Assembly: GCA_943788615.1 (NCBI GenBank)
Contig: CALSQY010000004.1
Location: 561,790 to 625,789 of the forward strand
DNA: 64,000 nucleotides
From: an uncultured Cyclobacteriaceae bacterium
Lineage (GTDB): Bacteria; Bacteroidota; Bacteroidia; Cytophagales; Cyclobacteriaceae
Direction: 5' to 3'
Shown: piece after piece, positions 11,053 through 20,762 of the stretch
Position numbering within the stretch: the stretch's first letter is position 1
Layout of the letters: the number at the start of each line of letters is the position of its first letter
The notes under the pieces: model-generated
Seen by the model: only the letters and a program-made list of their open reading frames with translations
Databases searched by the model: none
What the model was told of the DNA's origin: nothing
Position numbers and translations under genes: made by a program

Positions 11053-12273
11053 TTAATTTGATTGAAAGACCCGGATATAATCTACCAACATGTATTGTGG
11101 AAATACGGTTGATATATTGGGACTCCCTGGCCAACTACCTCCTACGGCAATATTGAATATAAACCAAAAGGGCTGATTGAATTCACTCAAATAAGCAGAA
11201 GTGATATCTATTGCATTGAAAACTATATCATCACGCAACCATTTAATTTGAGTTGCATCCCATTCAATTGAAAAAACGTGAAATTCGTCATTGTAGATCC
11301 CCTCACTCAATTTTGAGGAAGTTCCATAATCCGCCTTAAAACCATTATCTTGCCAATGTACTGTCCCGTGGATAGTATTGTCTCTCCCACTCGCATTTCC
11401 ACCTATGAGCTCCATGATGTCAATTTCACCACATTGCGGCCAACCTACTTCAGGATAGTTGGCACCCAACATCCAAAGAGCGGGCCAAAGACCTTGACTA
11501 TAAGGTAAATTGGCCCTTATATCAATTCTACCATATTTAAACTGTTGTTTTCCTTGTGAAATCAATTTAGCCGAAGTATATCCTCTACCGCTACGTTGCT
11601 CTTTGATGGCTTCGATTACTAGGTAATCGTTCTCAACAAGGTAGGCATTATCCTCAGTATAATATTGAAGTTCAGCATTGCCCCATCCACAAAGTGAGGG
11701 ACAACCATCTCCGTTTTGAAAGGCCCAATTGTCAGTATTTATAGCCGACTGATCGAACTCGTCTTGCCATATCAAGGACATCCCCTCATAAGTTAAAGGT
11801 GTTTCATAGCCCGTTTCAGGAATGACCAATCGTCCAGCAGTTGAATTGTCTACATCATCATTGAGGATTCTTATCTTCATGGTGTCTTCTTCAATAATGG
11901 CATTATCAGCAAAAGGAAAATAAAGATAAAATTCTTCGTCACTTTCTACTCCTTGATCTCCTGAAAGTTCAAGTGTAACAAACACTTCTATTTCTCCAAC
12001 CTCAAAGGTGACTCGCTTATTTTGTTGGGCTATGTAATCTTTATCTTGTAAAGCCGTACCAGGCAATGTTTCATAATCAATAATTATCGTTTCAAGTGAG
12101 GGGGCACTCAAACTCAGTCTTACTTGGACTTCTTGATCGACATTGGACTCGATAAAAAGTGTATCTTCAAAAGTCAAAAAGGGTAATTCGACTATGGGAG
12201 TGGTTGCATCGGAGCAACAAAATAATTGGAGCATTAGAAAGCTCAAGGAAAAAAGGAAAAAAGATCGTATCAT
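11053..12273 (-). CDS. GH16 endo-beta-1,3-glucanase (laminarinase type) lipoprotein with N-terminal Calx-beta-like domain
   Basis: GWGNAELQYYT and the catalytic GEIDIMELIG (ExDxxE) motif. Lipobox LFCCS. The N-terminal segment DKDYIAQQNKRVTFEVGEIEVFVTLEL resembles Calx-beta. Confidence 0.85.
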   Translation of the reverse strand: MIRSFFLFSLSFLMLQLFCCSDATTPIVELPFLTFEDTLFIESNVDQEVQVRLSLSAPSLETIIIDYETLPGTALQDKDYIAQQNKRVTFEVGEIEVFVTLELSGDQGVESDEEFYLYFPFADNAIIEEDTMKIRILNDDVDNSTAGRLVIPETGYETPLTYEGMSLIWQDEFDQSAINTDNWAFQNGDGCPSLCGWGNAELQYYTEDNAYLVENDYLVIEAIKEQRSGRGYTSAKLISQGKQQFKYGRIDIRANLPYSQGLWPALWMLGANYPEVGWPQCGEIDIMELIGGNASGRDNTIHGTVHWQDNGFKADYGTSSKLSEGIYNDEFHVFSIEWDATQIKWLRDDIVFNAIDITSAYLSEFNQPFWFIFNIAVGGSWPGSPNISTVFPQYMLVDYIRVFQSN

Positions 12274-12283
12274 AGAGTAAGAT

Positions 12284-12328
12284 AAATAAATTTAGCATTG
12301 AACGTTTCGCTCAATGCTAAATTTATTT
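12284..12328 (-). terminator. Perfect 18-bp-stem hairpin in the 68-nt gap between the PKD/CBM gene and the GH16 gene
   Basis: aaataaatttagcattga (12284-12301) is the exact reverse complement of tcaatgctaaatttattt (12311-12328). The loop is 9 nt, acgtttcgc. Confidence 0.5.
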
Positions 12329-12341
12329 CATTAAAAGAAAA

Positions 12342-14183
12342 TTATTGTGATGGTGCAGTTAACAAGTAATTCCAATAAGCACTACCATCTCCTGCTTCAC
12401 TATAGTCAACTCCCACACGCAATCTTTTGTTAGTTGGCCCATCATAAAATCTAATTACTTCATAAGTAATCGTAGTATCCTTCGGCGCTCTTTGTTCAGC
12501 GCCTGGTCCTCCCTTATAGAAACCTAAATAGGCACCATTACCAGTGACAGAAATCGTTGGTAAAGTAGTTTCAGAACCCTCTGTAAATGTATAGGTAAAA
12601 TCACCTCCACCCCAAGCAGCTAAATTTTCAGGAATATCTGCAACGGGCACACAACCGGTGACCGATACACTATCCATCCAATCTTCAAGGAGTACACTGT
12701 CACCCACATTGACAACAAATCCACCCGCGTCATCAAAAGTAAAGGTATCGTCAAACAAGCATGGCACAGCTGCTATCCATGCTTCATTGGCAGCAAACCA
12801 ATCGCCTCGACCAATACCTGGTCCTACGGCAATTACTTGATCCACATCCCACAATGTCCAGTCTTTACCCACTAAATCTGCAGCCGTAAAAATTGGAGCA
12901 CAATCTAAACAAGCCTCCCAACAAACTACTCCATACCAAATGGGTATTCCTGCTACTGTTAAAACACGGTTGGTGTATATATCTGTCGTCAAGGTACAAT
13001 CAGAGCCAACTGCCAAAGTCTCCTGATCACCAGCATCGGTTTCAAACTTGAACTCATAATCCCCAGTAGCTAAAGTCATGGTTGATTCCCACATACCATC
13101 ACCATCTTCATCTGTCATAGGCTGAGCAGACGACCAGTTGTTCCAGTTACCTATAATAGCAGGTATAGTTCCCTCTCCAGTATAACCATTGAAATTCAAC
13201 ATAAAAGTTACTTGTGTTGAATCTGAAGGTTCAACCTCCTCACAAACCGGCATCTCTGGCTCATCAGAAGCTACTTCGTAACTTACAAAAGTAAATGACC
13301 AAATGCCTCCATTTGCTTCAGTAACTGTTTCTAGAACCAATGTATCAACGTTCGCGTCTACTATTTTTGCAACAGTATAAATCACTTCAGTCTGAGGTAC
13401 AAATACTTCATCCGTTGAACCTACCTTAGCTAAACCCATGTAGGCACCCTCTCCTGATAAGGTCAATGTCTCATCTTCCATACTGTAGCTGTAGTCGAAA
13501 GTACCATCGCCCCAAGATGACAAGTCTACCCCATCTACACTCAACCAGTTCTCATCAACACTTGTATCAAAACAACCTAAGATTATAGAACGACCATCTT
13601 CGCCCCAAAAATCTTCTCCTACTGAACGAGTCATGGTACCATCAACATTAAACGTAAATGTGTCATCCAAAATACAATCTCTCTCACAAATTGCCTGGCC
13701 TGTTCCCAAAGCCCACCAAATTTGAGATCGATCTTGCGGTAATATTGCATAAGGATAAGTATTCATAGAAATGTCTCGAATCAACTTCCATGTCTTACCC
13801 TGCGTTCCTGCCAATAAAGCACCTGCCGCCAGGGGATCAACGACATTTATGGTTTCTTCTCTATCATCAGATCTGCCCGCACCTGTGGCAGTCAGTATTA
13901 CCGTAAAAGAACCTGCTTCATCGTAGGTATGCACTGGACTTTCATCGGTCGAGCTATTGCCATCGCCAAAATCCCAAGCATACGTATCAGCATTTACAGA
14001 TTCATTCGTAAAAGTAACCTTAAGATAATTATCTGCATCTATTTCGTAACTCCATCTAGAGATCGCATCATCTGTAGTTAAGCCTGTAGAATCATCAACA
14101 TCGTCGTCATCGCTACATCCTGAGAAAATAGCGAAGGAACTCAATAGAAAAACTAGACTCCAAAATTTCATATTCTTCTTCAT
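12342..14183 (-). CDS. PKD-domain / carbohydrate-binding surface lipoprotein (SGBP-like)
   Basis: Lipobox FSGCSDDDD. PKD motif DFGDGNSSTDESPVHTYDEAGSFTVILTA. Central CBM-like segment IIGNWNNWSSAQPMTDEDGDGMWE..GDYEFKF. Two copies of a DDTFTF-containing module flank that segment. The gene sits directly downstream of SusD. Confidence 0.75.
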   Translation of the reverse strand: MKKNMKFWSLVFLLSSFAIFSGCSDDDDVDDSTGLTTDDAISRWSYEIDADNYLKVTFTNESVNADTYAWDFGDGNSSTDESPVHTYDEAGSFTVILTATGAGRSDDREETINVVDPLAAGALLAGTQGKTWKLIRDISMNTYPYAILPQDRSQIWWALGTGQAICERDCILDDTFTFNVDGTMTRSVGEDFWGEDGRSIILGCFDTSVDENWLSVDGVDLSSWGDGTFDYSYSMEDETLTLSGEGAYMGLAKVGSTDEVFVPQTEVIYTVAKIVDANVDTLVLETVTEANGGIWSFTFVSYEVASDEPEMPVCEEVEPSDSTQVTFMLNFNGYTGEGTIPAIIGNWNNWSSAQPMTDEDGDGMWESTMTLATGDYEFKFETDAGDQETLAVGSDCTLTTDIYTNRVLTVAGIPIWYGVVCWEACLDCAPIFTAADLVGKDWTLWDVDQVIAVGPGIGRGDWFAANEAWIAAVPCLFDDTFTFDDAGGFVVNVGDSVLLEDWMDSVSVTGCVPVADIPENLAAWGGGDFTYTFTEGSETTLPTISVTGNGAYLGFYKGGPGAEQRAPKDTTITYEVIRFYDGPTNKRLRVGVDYSEAGDGSAYWNYLLTAPSQ

Positions 14184-14224
14184 TTATTTAAAATTTAATT
14201 AACAATCGTTTTATTTGATAAAAT

Positions 14225-15739
14225 TTAATACCCATCATTTTGGATCATATTACCACCAGATAAATCTATCTGGCGTTGCGGGATGGGAAAATGCTCATGC
14301 GTCCCTTCCTCAAAACCTAAATCAGCAAGTATTGTTGCTGCTCTTCCAGTCCTCACCAGATCAAAGAATTTTTCTCCTTCAAGACCTAACTCTACGTCTC
14401 TCTCATGATAAATCGCTAACAGCAATGAAGCTCCACTACTGGTAATGTCTGGCAAGACGGCATCTGGGTCAGATGCTGACCTTCTCGCTCTAGTCCGTAC
14501 TTGATTTACTAAATTTCTTGCTAAGGCTTCATCACTCTGATGGTAGGCAGCTTCTGCAGTCAATAGCAATACATCTGCATACCTGATCACGCGATCATTG
14601 GCATCACCATTCATTACGGGATCACCTATGCTGATCAACTCATGCTCGCTTCTACAAGCAAAATATTTTTTTGAATAATAATCATGATCAAATCCAGTAG
14701 CACCTTTACTTAGTGTTCCCCTATCACACAATTCATCTCCGATTTGAAATACCGAAGCACTCATCCTTGGATCACCCGATTCAAATTCATCTACAAAATT
14801 TTGTTGTGGGATATTAAACCCCCAACCTCCGTAGGCTCCTCTCGGGAGTTGGTAAACTACTGCTAAATTACCATCATTGGAACCATTTACATTGCCCCAA
14901 TAACCGCCCCCTTGTGAAGATCTTTGGATTTCAAAGATAGATCCGGGTCCATTTTCTCCAGCAATTGTAAAAATATCTTCATAATCAGCATCTAACGAGT
15001 ATTGATTTGTGTTAATGATAATATCACCCAATATCACTGCATCAGACCATTTTTCTCGATAAACTAAGGTTTTCAATAAGAGTGATCTTGCCGCACCTTT
15101 GGTGACACGACCATAATCATCAAAACTCAACTCGCTTCTCAACCGTAAATCATCGATCGCTTCTTCTAAATTAAGCTCAATAAAATCCCAAATTTCATCC
15201 TCACTGGCTCTTCCCATTTGAAATTCTGTAGGAGCTAACACATGATCCACCAACGGTACTCCACCGTAAACTGTCACCAAATTGAAATAATAAAAGGCCC
15301 TCAAAAATTTTCCTTCCGCCATCATTTGAACCTTTGTAGAGTCATTCATATTAATCTCTGGTAACATATTGATCAATGCATTGGTCCGATAAATTCCTTG
15401 ATATTGCGCGGTCCAATCACTATTCAAATGAATATTACTGGGCACATAAGAAAATGAGTTGAAAGCTTGCAGCTGAGGCTGATCATTGGGTCCACTACCT
15501 CCAGGTATCACATCCTTTGTGGTGAAATTTCCCAAAAACCATCTAAAGTGGTATACACCAGCACTGAAATTATACTGTAGGGGATCATAACTGGCTACGA
15601 GAGCTTCAAAAGCCTGTGTTTCAGAAATATAATAATTACCATCCATTGTTTGTAGTAAAGGTAATTTTTCTAACTCATCCTCACATGACCAAAACAATAT
15701 TGAAGCAAGAATCGAAAGTAATAATAGTTTTATTCTCAT
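14225..15739 (-). CDS. susD: SusD/RagB-family nutrient-binding outer-membrane lipoprotein
   Basis: Start MRIKLLLLSILASILFWSCEDE lies 10 nt after the SusC stop. The C-terminal ...FPIPQRQID..N motif is typical of SusD. The longer track ORF (to 15820) overlaps SusC and is not used. Confidence 0.85.
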   Translation of the reverse strand: MRIKLLLLSILASILFWSCEDELEKLPLLQTMDGNYYISETQAFEALVASYDPLQYNFSAGVYHFRWFLGNFTTKDVIPGGSGPNDQPQLQAFNSFSYVPSNIHLNSDWTAQYQGIYRTNALINMLPEINMNDSTKVQMMAEGKFLRAFYYFNLVTVYGGVPLVDHVLAPTEFQMGRASEDEIWDFIELNLEEAIDDLRLRSELSFDDYGRVTKGAARSLLLKTLVYREKWSDAVILGDIIINTNQYSLDADYEDIFTIAGENGPGSIFEIQRSSQGGGYWGNVNGSNDGNLAVVYQLPRGAYGGWGFNIPQQNFVDEFESGDPRMSASVFQIGDELCDRGTLSKGATGFDHDYYSKKYFACRSEHELISIGDPVMNGDANDRVIRYADVLLLTAEAAYHQSDEALARNLVNQVRTRARRSASDPDAVLPDITSSGASLLLAIYHERDVELGLEGEKFFDLVRTGRAATILADLGFEEGTHEHFPIPQRQIDLSGGNMIQNDGY

Positions 15740-15749
15740 TAAATTATAT

Positions 15750-18700
15750 TTAGAAAGTAATATTAAACCCTGTGGTAAATACTCGGGCCTGAGGATAATA
15801 ACCTCTATCAATACCCACATCTAAGTTGGCAGATTGGTCATTGCTGAAGCCATTAGATTTTCCTATTTCAGGATCCATTCCTCTGTAATTCGTAAAAGTG
15901 ACCAAATTTTGAATGTTGACATACCATCTCAGCTTTTGTACAAACGCCTTCTTTGACAAGCTTTTGGGGATGGTTACTCCAAACTGAATATTCTTCAGCC
16001 TTACAAATGAACCATCTTCGACAAAATAATCAGAAACTCTAAAGTTTCCATTGCGGTCATTGACTACTGCTCGGGGTTCGGTGAAAGAAGGATTTTCCTC
16101 TGTCCATCGATCTAATCGATAAGCAGGACGATTTTGAACTCCCAAATCCCACCTAGTAGTTGCATTAAAAATATCATTACCAATGAATGATTGCACAAAA
16201 ACAGAAAGGTCAAAAACTTTATAAAAAATATTTCCAGTGAAGCCTAAAATGGTATTAGGATAAGGATTGCCGATCATGGTCCTGTCGTCTGAAGTGATTT
16301 TACCATCAGCATCTAAATCTGAAAACATAAAATCTCCCGGAACAGCGTTTGGTTGAATCTCTCCGTCTGTAGCATCTACATATTCCTCCACCTCGAATTT
16401 ATTTTGGAACACACCCAATACTTTATACCCATAAAAATAACCGAAAGGTAATCCCTCCTCCATTCGGGTGATATTTCCTCCTACGCCTTGATTGAACCCA
16501 GAAGCAACTGGTGTAGATATAAGTCCTAAATCGGTAACCTCGTTTTCAATAAAGGTGGCATTTAATGCTAAGTCAAACGAAAGTTCATTCATCGATTTCT
16601 TATAAATCAATAAAAGCTCAAACCCCTTGTTCATAATTTCACCGGCATTGACAAAAGGAACATCAATAAAATTGACTCCTGTCCCTATGATGGCGGGTTC
16701 TTCTTTTCTAATCAGAATATCGGTCGTTCGTTTTAAGAAATAATCCGCTGTGAATTGTAATTTCTCTTGAAAGAAAGACAAATCTAGTCCTATGTTTGTC
16801 TGGGTACTCACCTCCCATTTTCTATCAGGGTTAGCAGGTGTGGTAGCCGCTGAACCTTGATAAATAGATTGCCCTGAACCAAAAACATATCTTATGCCCG
16901 GCTCACCTGCGCCATTGTTTATGGTGCCAATAAAGCCATAATCATCAATTTTTTTCATTGCCATTTTGACCCCAGCTAAATCTCAATTTGGCGAAATTCA
17001 TAAAACTAGGCAACTCAAGAAAGTCTTCTTTGGTCAAAATCCAACCCAGAGACAAGGACGGGAAGATTGCATATCGATTATTCGTGCCAAATCTAGAAGA
17101 ACCATCTCTACGGACGGTCGTAGTCAAGAAGTATTTCTCCGACCAGTTATAATCCAACTTTGCAAAATAACTAAATAGTGCGGATTCCGTTAATCCCTCA
17201 TAAGCACCCAGTAGATCCTGATTACCCAAACTGTCAGAGGCCATGTCCAAAGTCAATCCATATATGTAAGCTGAATCTGGAGAATTAAAAGGTAAATCAC
17301 CTAAACTTAAACCCAGTTGTTCATAGCTTCGGTCTCTGTAAGTAGATCCGGCCAAAATCGAGAAATTATGATTCCCAATGGCCTTATTATAGGTAATTAT
17401 GTTTTCCCCACATAATGTTGGTCCATTTTTGACGAGATTTACTCACACCATTCATTAGGTTTTGCTCATGTGTATAGAAACCTGTGGGGTCTAAATTGTA
17501 CGATTGAGCAAAATCAAAAGTTTCAGCAAAAGTCAAATCTAATGATCCTGAAGTTTTAAAAGTCAAGTTTTCGATAGGCTTTAATTCTGCAAAAACATTG
17601 CCAATGATCTGATTGCTCGCAAAAGAATTATTGAACTTATCAATACGATTTAAGGGATTTTTTATATCCCCTACTACCAGTTGTGAATAGTTATAAGTTC
17701 CATCATCTTTAAAAACAGTAGTCGAAGGATCTATGTTTTGTGCGAATGCAACTGGTGAGGCAAACTCATTGTTTTCTGCAATTCCATTTCTTTTCAAACG
17801 AGTAAAATTAATATTCTGCCCAATGGATAAGGTTTTGTTGAGGTCTTGATTGGTTTTCAGTCTAAAAGTGTACCTCTCATAACCCGACTTGTCCCTACCC
17901 AAAATACCTTCCTGATTAAAATAGGAACCCATGACACTATAAGTAGCGCTTTCACTACCTCCTTGCGCACTGATTTGATGGGAGGTAATGGGCGCATTAT
18001 CGAATAAAGCATCTTGCCAGTCTGTACCCACCCCTAACGCAGAAGGATCATTGAGCACAGAAAACTGGTTATCATCAGCAAATAAACCCTCATTTGCTTC
18101 CAGCATCAATTCTGCATATTGTTGAGCATTTAAAACAGAACTCTTCTTTGGTAAACTTTGGGTGCCTGTGTAGAAATTATAACTTATTTGCCCCTTTTTG
18201 TTTTTTGTACCTGTTTTTGTAGTGATTAATACAACACCATTGGCGCCGTTGGTTCCGTATATTGCCGCAGAAGCCGCATCTTTAAGCACAGATATGGATT
18301 CGATGTCAGCGGGACTTAGAAAATCCACGGCATCAAACCATACTCCATCCACCACATACAAAGGATCGGAATTATTAGGTGTTCCGACCCCTCTGATCCG
18401 TACAGACAGCGCGTTGCCTGGCGATCCCGAACTTTGTGTGATTTGTACACCAGAAACGCGACCTTGTAAAACTTGTTCTAGGCGTGCCGCAGGCAATTTA
18501 TCTATCTCATCAGCCGTTGTGACGGATACAGCCCCTGTAATGGCACTTCTTTTTTGGGTACCGTAGCCAATCACTACAATTTCTTGTAATTCGGTAAAGT
18601 CTTCAGCCAAAATAACATCTATTATGGATCGCGAGCCGATGATCACTTTCTGCGTCTGGAGACCTATGAAAGTATATACTAGTATTCCCCCCTTCTTCTG

Positions 18701-18887
18701 GAACACTCAATGCATATTCCCCATCTAAATCAGTAGTCGTGCCCGTATTTGTGCCTTCTAATATTACGTTGACCCCAGGAACTTCACCACCATCTTCTGT
18801 GGAAACCGTTCCTGAAACCAACCTTTGTCCTAATGCCATATTACAAAATAGCAAACACGCTGTTCCAAAGAATATTATTCTTTTCAT
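15750..18887 (-). pseudogene. susC: SusC-type TonB-dependent transporter, split into four ORFs by three +1 frameshifts
   Basis: The pieces 18603-18887, 17387-18706, 16945-17355 and 15750-16964 concatenate to about 1045 aa. Motifs: carboxypeptidase-regulatory-like N-terminus, VVIGYGTQKRS plug, C-terminal ...GFNITF. The frame changes fall on C6 (18687-18692), C4 (17406-17409) and T7 (16949-16955). Confidence 0.85.
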
Positions 18888-18978
18888 GGTTCTTATAAAA
18901 GTTAAAAATTTATGGGGTGATTGTTGAAAAAATCGAAGGCTTACACCAATACTTAATGACTTCTTTATATTTTTTTTT

Positions 18979-19044
18979 AAACGATTGTTTCAATATTGCC
19001 GGCAATATATTCATTTTTTAGAAGATAAAAAATTACAATCGTTT
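18979..19044. promoter_or_regulatory. Candidate operator cluster upstream of SusC
   Basis: There is a 16-bp perfect palindrome atattgccggcaatat (18993-19008). It is flanked by inverted 10-mers aaacgattgt (18979-18988) and acaatcgttt (19035-19044). Both 10-mers contain an AAnCGnTT core like LacI-family half-sites. Confidence 0.35.
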
Positions 19045-19231
19045 GAAATGATGTTTAAAGCATTAATTCAAAGTTTAACAAAATGAAAAAAAGAAAAAAC
19101 AAAAAATAATAAAATACTATTCTTACTCAATTGAGACCTCTTAATGTTCTCATAACAATGAGACTTTTCTACAGGTACACTTTTTGACTTGACAAGACCC
19201 ATAATGACGTGCTTTCAGTTCCCTTGTTTAT

Positions 19232-19654
19232 TTAATACATATCATATTGACTTTGAATGATCGCTCGTTGACGCAATAGGTTTTGCTGAAATTTTTGACT
19301 TTCACCCTTGTCTTCTATCAATAATTTCAACCGCCAAGACTGACAATAAAGTTGCAAATAATCCGTCCCTTTAAACATGGAGATGAGCCGGTAAGGAAAT
19401 GCTAAGACGCTTGGTTCCTGACTTACGCCCAACCAGATCAAAAGACCTTTTTTTCGAAGCTCAATTTTACAACTAAATACATCCGATTGTTTGTTTACTA
19501 TGGCTATGATTTCGTCATCAACATCGATCAAAGTAAATCCTTGTATACTAGGATTCGCTGGACTGATTTTGTCCGGAGACACCAAGGTGCTTCCTACCAT
19601 GTTTCTTATCTGCGAAAGCATTGCCGTATCTGGATTTGAAAGATTGAAAAGCAT
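19232..19654 (-). CDS. Hypothetical protein (140 aa)
   Basis: Intact ORF divergent from the 2OG oxygenase gene. No motif recognised. Confidence 0.4.
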   Translation of the reverse strand: MLFNLSNPDTAMLSQIRNMVGSTLVSPDKISPANPSIQGFTLIDVDDEIIAIVNKQSDVFSCKIELRKKGLLIWLGVSQEPSVLAFPYRLISMFKGTDYLQLYCQSWRLKLLIEDKGESQKFQQNLLRQRAIIQSQYDMY

Positions 19655-19800
19655 ATTCCCTTTTTACAAAAAAAACCCTAATCCTCGTAACACAAAAGAA
19701 TATGCCTAAATATCTGACCAGATTAAATTACTCTGATTTTTTTACCTACACAATCTTTGAAAATATACTAAAAACCTACATTATCATTAGCTTTACTTTC

Positions 19801-20757
19801 ATGACATCAAAAGCACACATTGCTACCGTAAATTACGAAGACTTTGTCTCTGATGATCCAGATCGGAAATTAAACTTCATCGCGCATTTAGGAAAGTCAT
19901 TGGCTGAAATTGGATTTGTATTAGTAAGTAATCATGGAGTTACAGAGGCTTTACGTAATGAACTTTTCAGTGCTTCTAAAAAATTCTTCGAACTCCCCGA
20001 CGAGGTCAAATTTAAGTATGAGTTTCCAGAGTTGGCGGGGCAAAGAGGTTACATTGGTAAATTTAAAGAAACAGCCAAAGGATTTAAAAACCCCGATATG
20101 AAAGAGTTTTATCATATTGGTCAAACAATCCAAAATTCCATTGGACCTGACTATCCACCTAACATTTGGCCTGAAGAAGTGCCCGAACTTAAAGAGGTTA
20201 GCCTACGCATTTATAAAACATTTGAAGAAACTGGGCGAAAATTACTCCAAGCCATAGCTTTGTTTTTGGACCTCTCGGAAGATTTTTTTAATGGAAAAAT
20301 TCATGCCGGCAACTCTATATTTAGATTGCTTCATTACTTTCCAGTACAAGACATTTCCAAAGTGCCCGCAGGATCCGTTAGAGCGGCCGCGCATGAGGAT
20401 ATCAATTTGATTACCTTACTCATGGGAGGAAGTGCTGAAGGATTGCAAGCCAAGACCAAAGCTGGAAAATGGATTGATGTTAATCCTCTTTCTGATCAAA
20501 TTGTTGTAAATATTGGTGACATGCTTCAGCGACTGACCAACGGCCAACTGGTCTCGACCAGTCACCGCGTAATCAATAAAAATCCGCTATTAATGAAGAA
20601 ATCAAGATACTCGGCACCCTTTTTCTTGCACCCCGTTCCAAGTATGGATTTGAGTGCACTCCCCGGTACCGTAAATCAGCATCAACCCAAAAAATTTCAA
20701 GATATGACGGCGGGTGAATACTTAAATGAACGTCTCAAAGAACTTGGGCTAAAATAA
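19801..20757 (+). CDS. 2-oxoglutarate/Fe(II)-dependent oxygenase (isopenicillin-N-synthase-like family)
   Basis: HEDINLITLL (HxD) and STSHRV (distal His plus RxS-like) motifs. ATG at 19801 is preferred over the upstream extension that starts at 19702. Confidence 0.8.
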   Translation: MTSKAHIATVNYEDFVSDDPDRKLNFIAHLGKSLAEIGFVLVSNHGVTEALRNELFSASKKFFELPDEVKFKYEFPELAGQRGYIGKFKETAKGFKNPDMKEFYHIGQTIQNSIGPDYPPNIWPEEVPELKEVSLRIYKTFEETGRKLLQAIALFLDLSEDFFNGKIHAGNSIFRLLHYFPVQDISKVPAGSVRAAAHEDINLITLLMGGSAEGLQAKTKAGKWIDVNPLSDQIVVNIGDMLQRLTNGQLVSTSHRVINKNPLLMKKSRYSAPFFLHPVPSMDLSALPGTVNQHQPKKFQDMTAGEYLNERLKELGLK

Positions 20758-20762
20758 AAAAT

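Noticed and set aside
14215-15820. An N-terminal extension of the SusD ORF to 15820 (overlapping SusC), and the + strand ORF 14215-14445.
   Set aside because: The extension precedes a canonical signal-peptide/lipobox start at 15739, 10 nt after the SusC stop. The + strand ORF is antisense to the conserved SusD C-terminus.
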